From assembly GCA_964016885.1 (NCBI GenBank), contig OZ024745.1, forward strand, positions 38,068,001 to 38,132,000: a stretch of 64,000 bases of DNA. Direction: 5' to 3'. Both the position numbers and the translations under genes were made by a program. Positions within the stretch are counted from its first letter, which is position 1. Each line of letters opens with the position of its first letter. Shown piece after piece: positions 13,417-26,158 of this stretch. Source of the stretch: Eledone cirrhosa. Lineage: Eukaryota. Below the pieces are notes generated by a model, which was given only the letters and a program-made list of their open reading frames with translations, was not told where the DNA came from and made no database searches.

Positions 13417-13952
13417 TTTGAAGGCAATTTCTTCCAATACTATTTGGTTTTTATTGCTCATTATCGACAATAAATGACATTGAACAGAAATGATAACACT
13501 GTCAAAGCTCACAATACTGATCAAAGGACACGAATGTCTGAATCATTTACGTCGAATATTCATAGCAGTGAAGCTAATTTCTACCAATACTTGTTGGTAT
13601 TTATTGCGCAACATAGCAGTGAAAGCAATTTTTACCAATACTTGTTTGTTTTTATTGCTCATAACAACATTAAGTGACATTGAACATAAATGATAACTCT
13701 GTCAAAGCTCACAATACTGATCAAAGGACACGAATGTCTGAATCATTTACGTCGAATATTCATAGCAGTGAAGGTAATTTCTACCAATACTTGTTGGTAT
13801 TTATTGCGCAACATAGCAGTGAAAGCAATTTTTACCAATACTTGTTTGTTTTTATTGCTCATAACAACATTAAATGACATTGACCATAAATGATAACTCT
13901 GTCAAAGCTCACAATACTGATCAAAGGACACCAATGTCCGAATCATTTACGT
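13417..13952. repeat. 200-bp tandem repeat (~2.7 units, internal ~51-bp subrepeat) near the Helitron 3' end
   Basis: Units at 13474, 13674, 13874. Confidence 0.9.
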
Positions 13953-16900
13953 CGCTTATTGATAGCATTAAAGATATGCAGACATCAGCTCAAAGCTTCA
14001 TTACAGACAATATTCAGGGTTGTTCCTCTGTTAGTGGTATCAATTGCAAATTTTATACCATCAGGATCGCACACTCAAGATGCAGCAACATACAGTTGCC
14101 CATGGCTGAATGCTGGATCATTAAAACAGACACCGACTCGCTTGAAAGTCTGTCCCTGTGCCTTGTTGACAGTCATGAAGAAGGCCAAATTGACGGGAAA
14201 CTGTCTCCTTTACCAAATGAATGGCAGCAGATCTTCGCTTGGTTCCAGCATGATCCTCGGAATGAGAACCGATTCCTCTCTGCCTGGGAGTTTAGCTTCT
14301 AAAACTCTTCCGTTAATCAATCTCCCAACAATCAATCTGGTACCATTGCAAAGACCCATTTTATGATTGCTATTTCTAAGCAATATAATCGGCATACCCC
14401 TTTTCAACCTCAAAATATGTGGGGGGAAATCCGGGTATTTGAAGTGAATTCAGATACTCAATCGGAACATCCATATTGTTCTGCTAATTAGGATCCATTG
14501 CAACCGCACTGACGGTCAACCATTCCTCTCCAGGAAACATTCCGGCTACTTGTGAATTTATTTCATCGACCGTTGCATTCGTATGAGTTAGAATAACGCA
14601 TTCCGATATCCAGGAGATATTCTGCCAAAAAGCATTCAAATTAGGGAACACCCAGTCAATCAATGCGTGGCGGTCCAGTGGCATGACCAAATGGTCTGGG
14701 ATACTTACAGTCTGATTATCACCAACGTGTGGCAATTCATCGTTTCCCAACTGCATCAACCATCGGCCGTGTGTCTCAGCCTCTTCGTTTTGCCCGAACA
14801 TACGAAGTCGCATATTATCGTATAATCGCAAAACTCTGAAATGGCGCCACAAAGGGGACCTTTTCAGACATGCATCGACAATTTGCGCTCTTTAGTATTC
14901 CTAACAATTGGTAGCACCTGTCTGAAATCGCCACCAAGAACGATAGTCTTACCACCGAATGGCAGGTCACTACCGCAGATATCTCTCAAATTTCTGTCCA
15001 ATGCTTCCAGCAAATATCTGTGTGCCATTGGAGCCTCGTCCCAAATAATGAGAAATGTATTGCGTATAAGGCCCGCGAGTTCACTTTGTCCTGTAATGTT
15101 ACAGACACTCAACTCACCCGGAGCCAATGGAGCCTTGAAGCATGAGTGGAAGGTCCTTCCACCACTCAGCAATGTGGCTGCGATCCCACTGGTGGCCACA
15201 GGAAGAGCAATCGTCCCCTGAGCTCTGAGTGCCGATAACATAGTGTTGAAACAGAATGTCTTTCCGGTGCCTCCTGGAGCATCTATGAAAGCACAAAGCT
15301 GCTCATTAGTAGAAACCGAGTGGAGAACGCCATCGACCAATTCTCTCTGAGATTGGGTCAACATTGGCATACGTTCATCCACGATACGTTGCTGTTTCAG
15401 TGGATCAAACTGGAATAGTTTCCTCCGATCGAGTGGCAACCGTCTAAGCTACAATTCCATATTCAATGCTAAGACACGTTGCCCCATTTCTTCATCAGGA
15501 ACTGGCAAATTGAAATCTCTTAAACATTTCAAATGAACTTCAAGCAGTTGCTCAATATTGAGCAAAACAATAGCTTTCATCAAATTTTCATCATCGACCT
15601 GAAGATGATGCCTAAAATCATCAGCCATAATTCCCCAATGGCGTTCAAATAACTCTCTTGGATCGGCAGGATTGAAGAATTCTAGAATCGTGACAAACAA
15701 GTGCCTTATTTGAGCTGCCTTATCTGTGTTGTTCCTGCAACTTCCATGGCGTTATTCCATTCAGCGTCATCCTGAAGGAGTCCCAGATGATACACACAGC
15801 CTGGTATGTTTGATATTCCACGTCATTGATTGTTTTCAAATCAGCGAAGCTCTGTTTACCTCTCGAAAAATCATTATCCAACAGAATTCGGAGATAAAAC
15901 ACAACACGAGATGCTGGAAGGACATTACAAACCCGTCCTGTAGTCATGAATCTCAACTTTTGTTTTCTATCATTCCATTTATTTCCCTTCTTTTGCCACG
16001 TAGATTACGAAGGGAAATCGCAGTAGAGTTGCCTTTGATCCGGATTCAAAGCATGTTCCCTATTATGCTTGAACCACTCAGTCAAATCCGTCTTAGGAGG
16101 TGGTGCGTTAGCAATTCTTTCGACACCTCTTCTAGTGTCCTGAAAACAGACCATTTGCCTATTCTCTAAGTGAACCGTCAGTTTCTGAACGCTGGGTTTG
16201 TGTTCATTGAGATCAAAATAGAACAATCTCCAGCAAGCTTCGCTAGATCCACTCGAGCGAACATTCTGGAACCTGCCAACTTCATCTCCTTGGTTCGCTT
16301 CCTCATTCCTGACATTGATCATTGCCCGATCATGACCTTTGTAAACATATTTGAATAGATATTTGCAAGCTTTCACTGAGCTATAAATTTCCACATTAAT
16401 ATGATTTCATAATCAAATATGGATTGTATGGCACAACCCATTGATTTATAACCTGGCAACCGTTTACATTTTCGACCAAACCGCCATCTGCAGGCGACCG
16501 TCTTCTGTATGAGGGATGAACATCCCCATCGTTCCAGGAAGTGTTCGTGACAAAATATTTCGGAAAGTGCTTACTGCATTGGCCATTTTTCATGCAAGAC
16601 GACTCCGCATTGATTGTGCACCATTGACTTTGCCACCAAAGTGCGTAGTGCCTCATTCTCCGGCAGTTCAGCACACACAATGCTGTCGACATCCTCAGCA
16701 TATCTCAATTTGCAATCTATATGTAAAATGATAGAGCAAATGTGCATGTGGCAATCCTCTTTTTTGGAATTCAATTACGTATGTAAAAGCAATTATACCT
16801 CCAAATATTCCCTCTTTTTCCACATCATCCATTATCTTTTTCAGATATCCTTTGAATACTCTTGCCACAATATCAGGACGGTCCTTTGGCTGTTGCCCTG

Positions 16901-18520
16901 GCAAAAGTGCATCCTTAATATCAAACCATTCAGAATTGCATGTAACCGTTATAAATAAATCTTGCTTTCCAAACTTTCTGACAATAGCCATTGCATCCTG
17001 ATAGCGAATGTTCATATATCTCGGACCGCCGATGAACGACGATGGCAAAATGATGCGTCGACCGATTTGCTTGTAATTGGCATCATCGGCTGTTATAGCA
17101 TCCTGTATATTATTATACAATTCAGCTCTGATATGTTGCTGATGTGTAACTATATAATTTAGCCTTTGATTTTCGATCTTTGCGAATGCCATACAACAGA
17201 ATTCCTGGAACAATCTGCTGGCTTGAAATAGCGCATTTCTCTGTTGATTCCGCTCGTTCAAATGGAACGCGTAAAAGTCGCGAATCGAATTATTGTGTCT
17301 ATTGCCACCTCCCTGTTTATGCTGATTCTCATGATCATCTAAATGAACAGACATGTTCCATCCATTTTCACCTTTTGGGAATAAAAGAACATAATGCAAT
17401 GGATCGTATGCCCTATTTGACACATTGATAGTCTTGAGACCACCATCTCTGCGATTGTGGACGATATCTCTCGATCCAGCTTATCGTCCATCAACACAGC
17501 AACTTCACGAAATCCTTCAGGAGCATTATATCGCCGTTCGTGTTGATTCCTTGGCACTGCGTCAGCCTTAATCACTAATGTTTGCTTCTGAACATTTTGC
17601 AGTTCAGCCACCAACATGAAATCCCTAACATAAGGATTACACTGTCTAAGCCATGATTGCAAATCACGGATCAAATCACTTACCTTTGCCGTTCAAGTTC
17701 AGTTTTATTTCCCGGGAACTTCATCCAACCGATCCTGATATCCTCCTCCGATTCACTATAATCTGGATCGTTAACGTAAATTTGAGCGAATCGAGGCCTC
17801 TCTCCTGGGGTAACTTCTAAATTACCGATACGATGATACAAACAGCCTTGAATGACTACATTCGGTTGCCATGCTCCACTCTCAAACATCTCACTAACTC
17901 TCTGCGATGCTAAAGCGAATGAATTGTTAATTTACCGCGAATATTTGCGCAGTTATCTACCTCGGTCTCTTTGATCACCCCACATACTTAGTATTTTAAA
18001 CTCCGGTCACTCCTCATCATCCGACATTCGCAAGGGTTCTAGTTGAACTGCTCCATTATGAGAGCACATTGTGGCCCACGTCTTTTCGTGCCTCCAAAGC
18101 AATGCTCCACAATGTGGACACTCTGCTCGTCCACCAATCTGAAAATGACACGGTTGCCATGATCCATTTTTAATATCATTCGTTCGCTTTCTAGCCTCTT
18201 TATTGGAATGAGGAGCACTTTGGCGACACATTCTCTGAACTTCTGTATTGCGCTGGCGCTTTTCAGCCAGCTCCTCTTCATCCATCGCAGCACAACGTTT
18301 CTGCTGAATTCTGGCCATCTGCTGAGGATGCTGAGCCATTTCGTCTTCAACCATCGCAGCACGCCGTCGCTGCTTGGCTCCAGTGTTTCGTTGGCGTTGT
18401 TCAGCCAACTCCTCTTCATTCATGGCGGCACGTCTTCACCTCTGAAGTTCGGCGTTCCGATGGCGCTGTTCGGCCCGTTTTTCTTCATTGCTGGCTGCAC
18501 GCCGTCGCTGCTGTAGTTCA
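13950..18520 (-). pseudogene. Helitron RepHel coding region (23-aa repeats, Zn finger, HUH nuclease, Pif1 helicase), multiply frameshifted
   Basis: ORF fragments 18007-18423, 17680-17889, 17339-17674, 16695-17423, 16396-16701, 16005-16394, 15720-15956, 15449-15700, 14864-15439, 14484-14852, 14210-14413 occur in canonical order. Confidence 0.9.
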
Positions 18521-19081
18521 CTATTTGATAAAGTCGAATTGCTTTTATTATCAGTATTCATTTCGAGCAATTGTCATAAAATGATACAATAATAAATATA
18601 AAAGATGTCAGTCAATGTAAACAAAGGTCCCTATTTACTCCCTTCACAACTCTGTGTATATTAGACTGGCGGACAGGCACACATACGATTGTGGAACGCC
18701 ACACACATACACGCATGGAAACGCGCACACGCACGCAAACTTACACACGCACACACTCACACATGTTGATAGTTTTTACTTTCTGTGGAACGCTTCACGC
18801 ACGCACACACACATAAACATATGCGCACGTACAAACACACGCACACCGGTTAATATCTATTGAACACAGCGTTCACACTCTCCCCTCTCACTCCCTCACT
18901 GGCATTGTGCATATTAATTTCAGTTTGGCGTCGTTGAGGTGGGCGCAGTCGTTTGAGAACTATGAACCAATGATAATCGAGAATTATGACACACGGAATA
19001 CTGACGTTCTTGAAATTAATATATATATATATATTAATTCAAAAATTAACAAAAATAGACATTCGTGTGATCAAGTATATT

Positions 19082-19140
19082 TTATTATACATATTTCAGA
19101 GGTTTTGAGCTAACGTCAACAGTACGTCCTCATCAGATAA
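19082..19140 (-). ncRNA. Candidate type I hammerhead ribozyme (family G)
   Basis: TTAT CTGATGA GGA..TCT GAAA TATGTA TA ATAA; related decayed copy at 55630-55689 (-). Confidence 0.5.
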
Positions 19141-19469
19141 ATTAAGATGATGCATGACATACCCTGACATAGTAGATGGTTAAGATTCAGTCATGGTAAT
19201 ATATGACAAAACTCAATATTTATATACCTGAAGATTGAGACATGAAAACATTTACATATAATACAGAAGGTGCGTGTGAGAAAGCTTAAAAATACATAAT
19301 AGCAATTTACATAACTATTAGAGATTCAAATAATTTAAATTATTGAAGAAAGAAGAAAGACAAAGAGAAACAGACCAGGAGAAAATATAGTTACTAGAAG
19401 TATAGAAATGTAAAACTCATTCTTTGATTTATTCCTTGAAACTTGTTTAACCTTTAAATATATATATAT

Positions 19470-20076
19470 ATGGTGGCTGCCAACTCGATTTCGAGTACGG
19501 CCACTACTTTATATCCATGTAGGATAACCCCTACCGATGCGCTGAACGAGTGTGACATTTTAGTCGAGCCAGCGATTTGAAAACTCTGGTACAAACACTA
19601 CACTTGTGACAATTATTGACACATAGTGCTGGGCCCATGGTACCATGTGACGACAAGTGCAGAGAGATTTCCAGATATAAAGCAATGCCTGTGCCGTGAA
19701 GCTTTTATAGTGAGCAATAGCACTGCACAAAGCCAGTCCCACTCTCTTAACCAAGATGATATGTACCAAAGAGAAGTACAAGTCAACATCATTGGATACC
19801 ATCAGGGTTGCAGGTGTTATATCAGATTTTTCCTTCTCCTAGAATTCTGCCTTGACAAAGGCTAAGGGGTCATATCTCCCGGTGATTTTGGATGGCCATT
19901 GACTCTTAAGAGCTCCTTTGCTCTTTGACAGGTTTTGCTTTTAGTCTTGCAGGATGTCCAAAGTCACCCTCCTCTCCAAGAAACCTTGGTGGGGTTGCCA
20001 GTTTAGTCGCCAACGACCATGAGACAGGTTGTACTGGGATACATGTTACCACTAGCACCAACTGGTGACCTGACCA
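19470..20076 (-). mobile_element. ~600-bp non-coding RTE-derived (non-autonomous) element
   Basis: Second copy at 23202-23812, 5' fragment at 33475-33669; minus strand has RTE-like 5'-UTR motifs (GGCGACTAAACTGGCAACCCC; CTAGGAGAAGGAAAA); family assignment from recalled motifs. Confidence 0.6.
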
Positions 20077-20124
20077 TACATATATACATATATACATATA
20101 TACATATATGACCTGTATACATAT

Positions 20125-20531
20125 GACCTGTATACATATATGTATGTACGTATACATACATACTTACATTTAAGTAAGTGCCGTACTAAGAGTGAGAAAT
20201 TAAATTTCGTTTTCATTTTATTACAACTTATCGTTTTCGGTACGCCTGGCCGAACTCACTCGATATGCAAATTAGGCTGCTCAGCCGTTAATTTTCATAA
20301 GGAAAGTATATACTTTCGAACGTTCAACCATCTGGCAGAAGGGTATACGGTGCTGATGATAGCTAAGAATCTTGAAACTAGTACATCGTTCTTGTGTCAG
20401 TGTTGAACAAAAAGGTGACCTGGTTGCCTTAACACCGTACGGCATAAATTCAGCTGTTCAGTTTGTTTACAAACGAACAAAGCGGGCGTTATAATAAGGG
20501 TCCGCTAAACTCATACGTACATATATGTATG

Positions 20532-20574
<43 letters not shown>

Positions 20575-20685
20575 GCTACTGTACGTCTGTATACATATAT
20601 GTATGTACGTATACATACATACTTACATTTAAGTAAGTGCCGTACTAAGAGTGAGAAATGAAATTTCGTTTTCATTTTATTACAA

Positions 20686-20690
<5 letters not shown>
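20125..20690 (+). mobile_element. ~455-bp monomer repeat (family D) with partial tandem copy; hammerhead at 20348-20388
   Basis: CGGTG CTGATGA TAGCT..ATCTT GAAA CTAG TA CATCG; unit start recurs at ~20587; homologous to 43270-44320. Confidence 0.75.
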
Positions 20691-20758
<68 letters not shown>

Positions 20759-22827
20759 GGAGGGGATGTCTGCATGTGTTGCTGTAGTTTAATTATCTCA
20801 TATTGATTGCAAATAGAAGCATACAAATTTCGTTTATATTTGATTATTAATTATTTAATACAAAACTATTTAAAGTATGTTTTCATTGTTTTATGTTATT
20901 TTCAGAGAAAATTGAAATCAAAGATGGTGTTGCATTTCTGTATCGATTCTAAAGATTTACCAGATATAAGACAGGTTAACGACAACTAAGTAATGGATTA
21001 TATATGATTGAACAACCCGTTGGTGATCAGAAATACGTAATGGGAATATCAAAGAGTGATAAAAGGCCTCTGCGGTTTTTGGTAATTGATGTTTTCTTTG
21101 AAGTTATCTTTCTTGTGTAGAAACATAACGATAAGTCGATTACATAAAAGAAATTAATAGAAAACGCTTCCGTTTGAAGGTGAGAGGACCATGACTTGTG
21201 TTAAAGTATACGTGGGTATATGTATATGATATAGATCTGGGCATATGCCTCACATAAAGACCAGTGTGATTCAGCATAGTAACACTTTGTTTACAAGCTT
21301 TTGGAACACTCATTAGTTTTAATATGATATAGATTAAAAGCCCGTATTTTAAGAAAGTTTAAATAGAGCTATTTTGAGCATAGGTGGACGGAAATATTTT
21401 CTGAATATTAAACGAATATTTAAAACATAGTTAACAATAGAAAATACTTCACATCCTGTTCCACACGAAACTACATCACATAATTTAAACGAAAAAGCTC
21501 AAATCGTTTCCACTATCATTCTTTACATGTATTTTCTCAAAACCAAGAGAATCTGACGTTATAGGCACTTTAAGATAAGGGTCTTGAATATATGCGTTTT
21601 GTAAACTAAAAATCGCAAGGTTAAGGCAAATGAATAAATTGAACCCGTAACATACATGTTTCACAAAAAATGCTGCATGGAGCCTCACAGTGAATATTTG
21701 ACTAATATTTTAATCGTTACAGTATGAGCTCTATGCTGTTTCAGGGATTCGAATATAGATATCTGAGGGATGCATTCGTTGTTGTAACATGGAAAATTAA
21801 GTTATATTTATTTTCATTCAAATATTTCAATGATATCCAAAATGAAACGAAAAGAAATTAAGTAGAAAAGGATGGTTGATATTTTAAAATTAATGGGACC
21901 ATTGCATTCACCATGAAATTATATAAAAGTTTAGGTAGAGATGGCCCATTCGAAAAAAAAAAAATATTTTGCAGTCTCCACATCAGGCTACAAGATGTGG
22001 CGATGAGCTTGCGATACGTACTGAGAGGCGTGGGATGGATGAACAAAGTTTGCGTATGCTGAGACCAAAAAGAGAGTTCAGAAGGAAACAGACCGTAACA
22101 GTTGGCAACTGGTACGATGCAACCCTTACAATTTCGGAGAAGGAACTTTTGGATTAGGCGAGATGCTATCGGATATATATAGTGGGGTTTTCAACTCTTA
22201 AAACTGCAGGAAGTGAAGTGACTAAAGTAGAAAGGATGAAATGGAAGATAGTGAGTGGGCGAGAAGTTAGGCATGGTCGAACACTCTACCTCCACGAGTC
22301 TCCCAGGAATAAGTTAGCAATAAGAAAAAGAAGTTTATCTAATTTGATTATCGGTGTTTGTACGAATAAATGTAAAGAACTAGATGCATATATATATATA
22401 TATAATAATAATAATATTATTTATAGTTATATATACATTATATACAACTATAAACAGGAAAGGTCAGTAATTTATTACTACCTTATTACCAGTAAGAAAA
22501 ATAGCTCAATATAAATAAATCAGATGTTTTACAGAGCAGGAATATAAATTAGGCACTTGCACTCTCTATATTGCTTTAATTATTATGCTATTCTCTTGTA
22601 ATCTCTGTCACATGCATTCCACTCTGTGCCTGTTTAATTATTATACAATTCTCTTGTAATCTCTGTCACATCCATTCCACTCTGTAAATACGAAACTGTT
22701 GATGACAGCATTAATATCCATGTATCTATTTGATTGTTCAGGAAGTTAATTATATGTCCAAACTTTACTAGTGAAACGATTGTCAGCAATAAAATGATTT
22801 GAACATAATTTTGATTGTTGTGTAATT

Positions 22828-22876
<49 letters not shown>

Positions 22877-22884
22877 TGTGTGTA

Positions 22885-23072
22885 TAACTATTTCGTATCT
22901 CCAAAGAAATACAGTTTTAGGAAGCCGTAGCTATGCAAACACTGGGGGGGGGGTGATGTCCAGCAGAAACAAGGGGGACAACCGTCTATACATTTCAGGC
23001 TTAACTAGCCTTTGTCAGGACGGTCCCTCCCACCGCTTGCGACTGCCGGACTAGAAGACAGGTGAGAATATA
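22885..23072 (-). mobile_element. Truncated family A monomer with mutated hammerhead (22981-23024)
   Basis: Matches 31430-31625; core reads CTGACAA instead of CTGACGA. Confidence 0.75.
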
Positions 23073-23082
23073 TACATACATA

Positions 23083-23116
<34 letters not shown>

Positions 23117-23127
23117 AATATATATAT

Positions 23128-23201
<74 letters not shown>

Positions 23202-23203
<2 letters not shown>

Positions 23204-23809
23204 GGTTTGCTGCCAACTCGTTTTCGAGTACGGCCACTACTTTGTATCCATGTAGGAGAACCCCTACCGATGCGCTGAACGAGTGTGACTTTTTAGTCCA
23301 GCCAGCGACTTGAAAACTCTGGTACAAACACTACACTTGTGACAATTATAGAGACATAGTGCTGGGCCCATGGTACCATGTGATGACAAGTGCAGAGAGA
23401 TCTCCAGATATAAAGCAATGCCTGTGCCGTGAAGCTTTTATAGTGAGCAAAGGCACTGCACAAAGCCAGTCCCACTCTCTTAACCAAGATGATATTTACC
23501 AAAAAGAAGAACAAGTCAACATCATTGGATACCATCAGAGTTGCAGGTGTTATATCAGAATTTTCCTTCTCCTAGAATTCTGCCTTGACAAAGGCTAAGG
23601 CGTCATCTCTCCCGGTGATTTTGGATGGCCATTGACTTTAATAGCTCCTTTGCCCTTTGACAGGTATTGTTTTTAGTCCTGCAGGATGTCCAAAGTCACC
23701 CTCCTCTCCAAGAAACCTAGGTGGGGTTGCCAGTTCAGTCGCCAACGACCCGACCATGAGACAGGTTGTACTGGGATACATGTTACCAGTAGCACCAAAT
23801 GGTGACCTG

Positions 23810-23812
<3 letters not shown>
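23202..23812 (-). mobile_element. Second copy of the RTE-derived non-autonomous element
   Basis: Collinear with 19470-20076; TA-rich flanks. Confidence 0.65.
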
Positions 23813-23901
<89 letters not shown>

Positions 23902-24318
23902 TGGAATATCCATACCCTTTATATATATATATATGTTGGAATATCCATAATCTTTATATATATATATATATATATATAATGATAATGGGTAAAATCGAAG
24001 TTGAGGCTAATACAGCATCTCTCGGGAAAAAAAAAAACGAACTTCAGAAGCTTGCACAAGCACTCGAAAAGATATAAATAAATTGATAAATAAAATTTTA
24101 GAGTAATAACCATACGTTAAAGGTGGGGCAAATTGAAAACTGTGGCTAGGTAAAATAATGCTACAACAGCCACTACAACAACGAATCTACAAACAGGTTA
24201 ATACACATCTGGACGTAGTCGATAGATATAAAATATCTTCTAATGTTTTCTGTGAATCCAAAATCAACAACCATAATACGCAATGCGCAATCCTGTACTA
24301 TATCAAGATCGAACGCGG

Positions 24319-24355
<37 letters not shown>

Positions 24356-24366
24356 AACACACACAG

Positions 24367-24397
<31 letters not shown>

Positions 24398-24686
24398 TGT
24401 ATATATTATAAATGTATATAATTACACGATTATCCATATAAGGTGGTATGATAGAAATAGGTGATATTTTATACTAAACTTTCAATGCTTGTTTTGGAGT
24501 ATCCTGAAATGAAACTGTATTAAAATCAAAGTATCGAACTTGTTAAATATGTTTATTACTTTGAACTGAGAAATTCGTAAAGGCTTTTGTTTGTACTGAA
24601 GTACAATCATGATATTTTATATAAAACGCAACAAATTTTCACAAAATAAATGTTCTGAAATTACTTCGGTTTTCTATCATTATTAC

Positions 24687-24795
24687 GCCCGTCGAGGTTC
24701 ACTTTGCCTTTCATCCTTACGGGGTTGATAATATAAAGTACCAGTAATGCATTAGGTAATTGCTGGCTTTGTGCCAAAAGTATAAACAATTATTA
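24687..24795 (+). mobile_element. SINE fragment (MetaSINE-like central domain)
   Basis: GCCTTTCATCCTTACGGGGTTGATAA..AAGTACCAG; other copies at 26727-26891 (+), 34851-34945 (-), 52004-52150 (-), 55244-55320 (+). Confidence 0.7.
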
Positions 24796-25672
24796 CGCTT
24801 ATGTGTTGGTATTTAGGCTTGATATTATTTGCGTAAAGTTTAGTGAGATCATTGTGTTATAAATAATTAATGATTAATTTACAAACTTCTTCACATAATA
24901 AAGTCACTTGAATATTTACCCAATAACCTATATTATATATTTTACATAATTTCACATAATAAAGTCACTTGAATATGTACCCAATAACCTATGTTTTATA
25001 TCTTAAATAATTCGTTTTCTCTATCGGGCCATCTATGATGATAGGCGTGCTGATTTAAAAGGTCATTTTATTTTCAAAAGCTTATTAAACATATTAAAAC
25101 GTGAGTCTTACAAGTTTTTACAGTTATAGATAATATCTTTTCAGTATTTACTTTAATTTTTTCTTACGTGTTGTCATTTATGTTCCTCAATTTATATTTT
25201 AACAGAAATATCAATTTAGTCAGAATATGTTTGAAATCTAAAAGCGAATTTGAAGCCAGTGAAAAGTGCGCTTTTCTTTATACCGGCAAAACGGTCGAGT
25301 GTATACTATTTGAGACAGCTAGTAGTAAGTTCAATCTTGTTGCACTACATGGCATATTCTGTTTTTGAGCATGATAGGGAAACCCAAGTACAATAAATTA
25401 TCGAACAATCATTCATGCGTAAAGGATCCACTGTCTCAGAATGTTACTGAGCCACATTAAAGTCTGGTCTAGAGTGAAAAGTATCCCTCAACAACTTCCC
25501 TTGTTTATTCTAAATCACTATTGTGGAACAAATCAGTGTTTCACCATATTTCTGACGATCAAGAACCAATATTCTGGTGGAATTAGTTCGAAGCACACCG
25601 GATCTTCGGTTTTTCGCCGATATACAATAGTGGAAGCACACAAACAAAACACACAGAACCCCCCCCCCCTCC

Positions 25673-25727
<55 letters not shown>

Positions 25728-25730
<3 letters not shown>

Positions 25731-25871
25731 GATCACTGGAAGGTGATATCCGTAGTGGTAGAGCACTCAGTCCATGGGACGAGTTAGGTAGAAGTGGTTA
25801 CACAACAGTTAGTTCACCATACCGGAAACAATTGTTCTCGGTATGGTGAACTAACTGTTGTGTAGCCACTT
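25728..25871. mobile_element. Minimal fold-back remnant of PLE family E pseudo-LTR
   Basis: Hairpin 25792-25871 centred on AACAATTGTT; arms match 38158-38270. Confidence 0.8.
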
Positions 25872-26158
25872 ATCCATTTACTTAAAATCGTATATCTACT
25901 CCAAAAACTTGTCGAGTGCTTTATATCAGTTATAAAATATTTACTTGTTGTATCCCAACAATTTTAAATAGAACTTTTGCATATATATATACGGGATAAC
26001 AAGTTATTGTTATAGGTAGTCCACTTAGATGTAGTCCAGTTAGGGTACTCCGAGTAGTGGATAGTATTAACTCTTGGCTAAGTTTGACTCAACAAGACGT
26101 TTCCATAGTGATGCTGCGAGTACGCGGTGATTTCTATGTAGTTTACACTTGGCGTAAT

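Larger units (their letters stand above)
13329..19033 (-). mobile_element. Decayed autonomous Helitron (Rep-helicase)
   Basis: Fragmented ORFs with Rep motifs DLFITVTCN, YVIEFQKRGLPHAH and KYLFKYVYKG; Pif1 motifs DAPGGTGKT, IIWDEAPM, GGDFRQVLP, GLCNGTRL; candidate 3' hairpin + CTAG at 13329; ends approximate. Confidence 0.9.

Noticed and set aside
13417-13952. Regular repeat considered as a CRISPR array
   Set aside because: Whole 200-bp units repeat with no unique spacers; eukaryotic context, no cas genes
20907-20973. Possible host exon (TTTTCAG acceptor, CAG/GTTAAC donor)
   Set aside because: Weak donor, no recognisable peptide, no partner exons
22575-24995. Short two-copy tandem duplications (~58 bp at 22575-22686; ~61 bp at 24890-24992)
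   Set aside because: Ordinary local slippage duplications with no further structure
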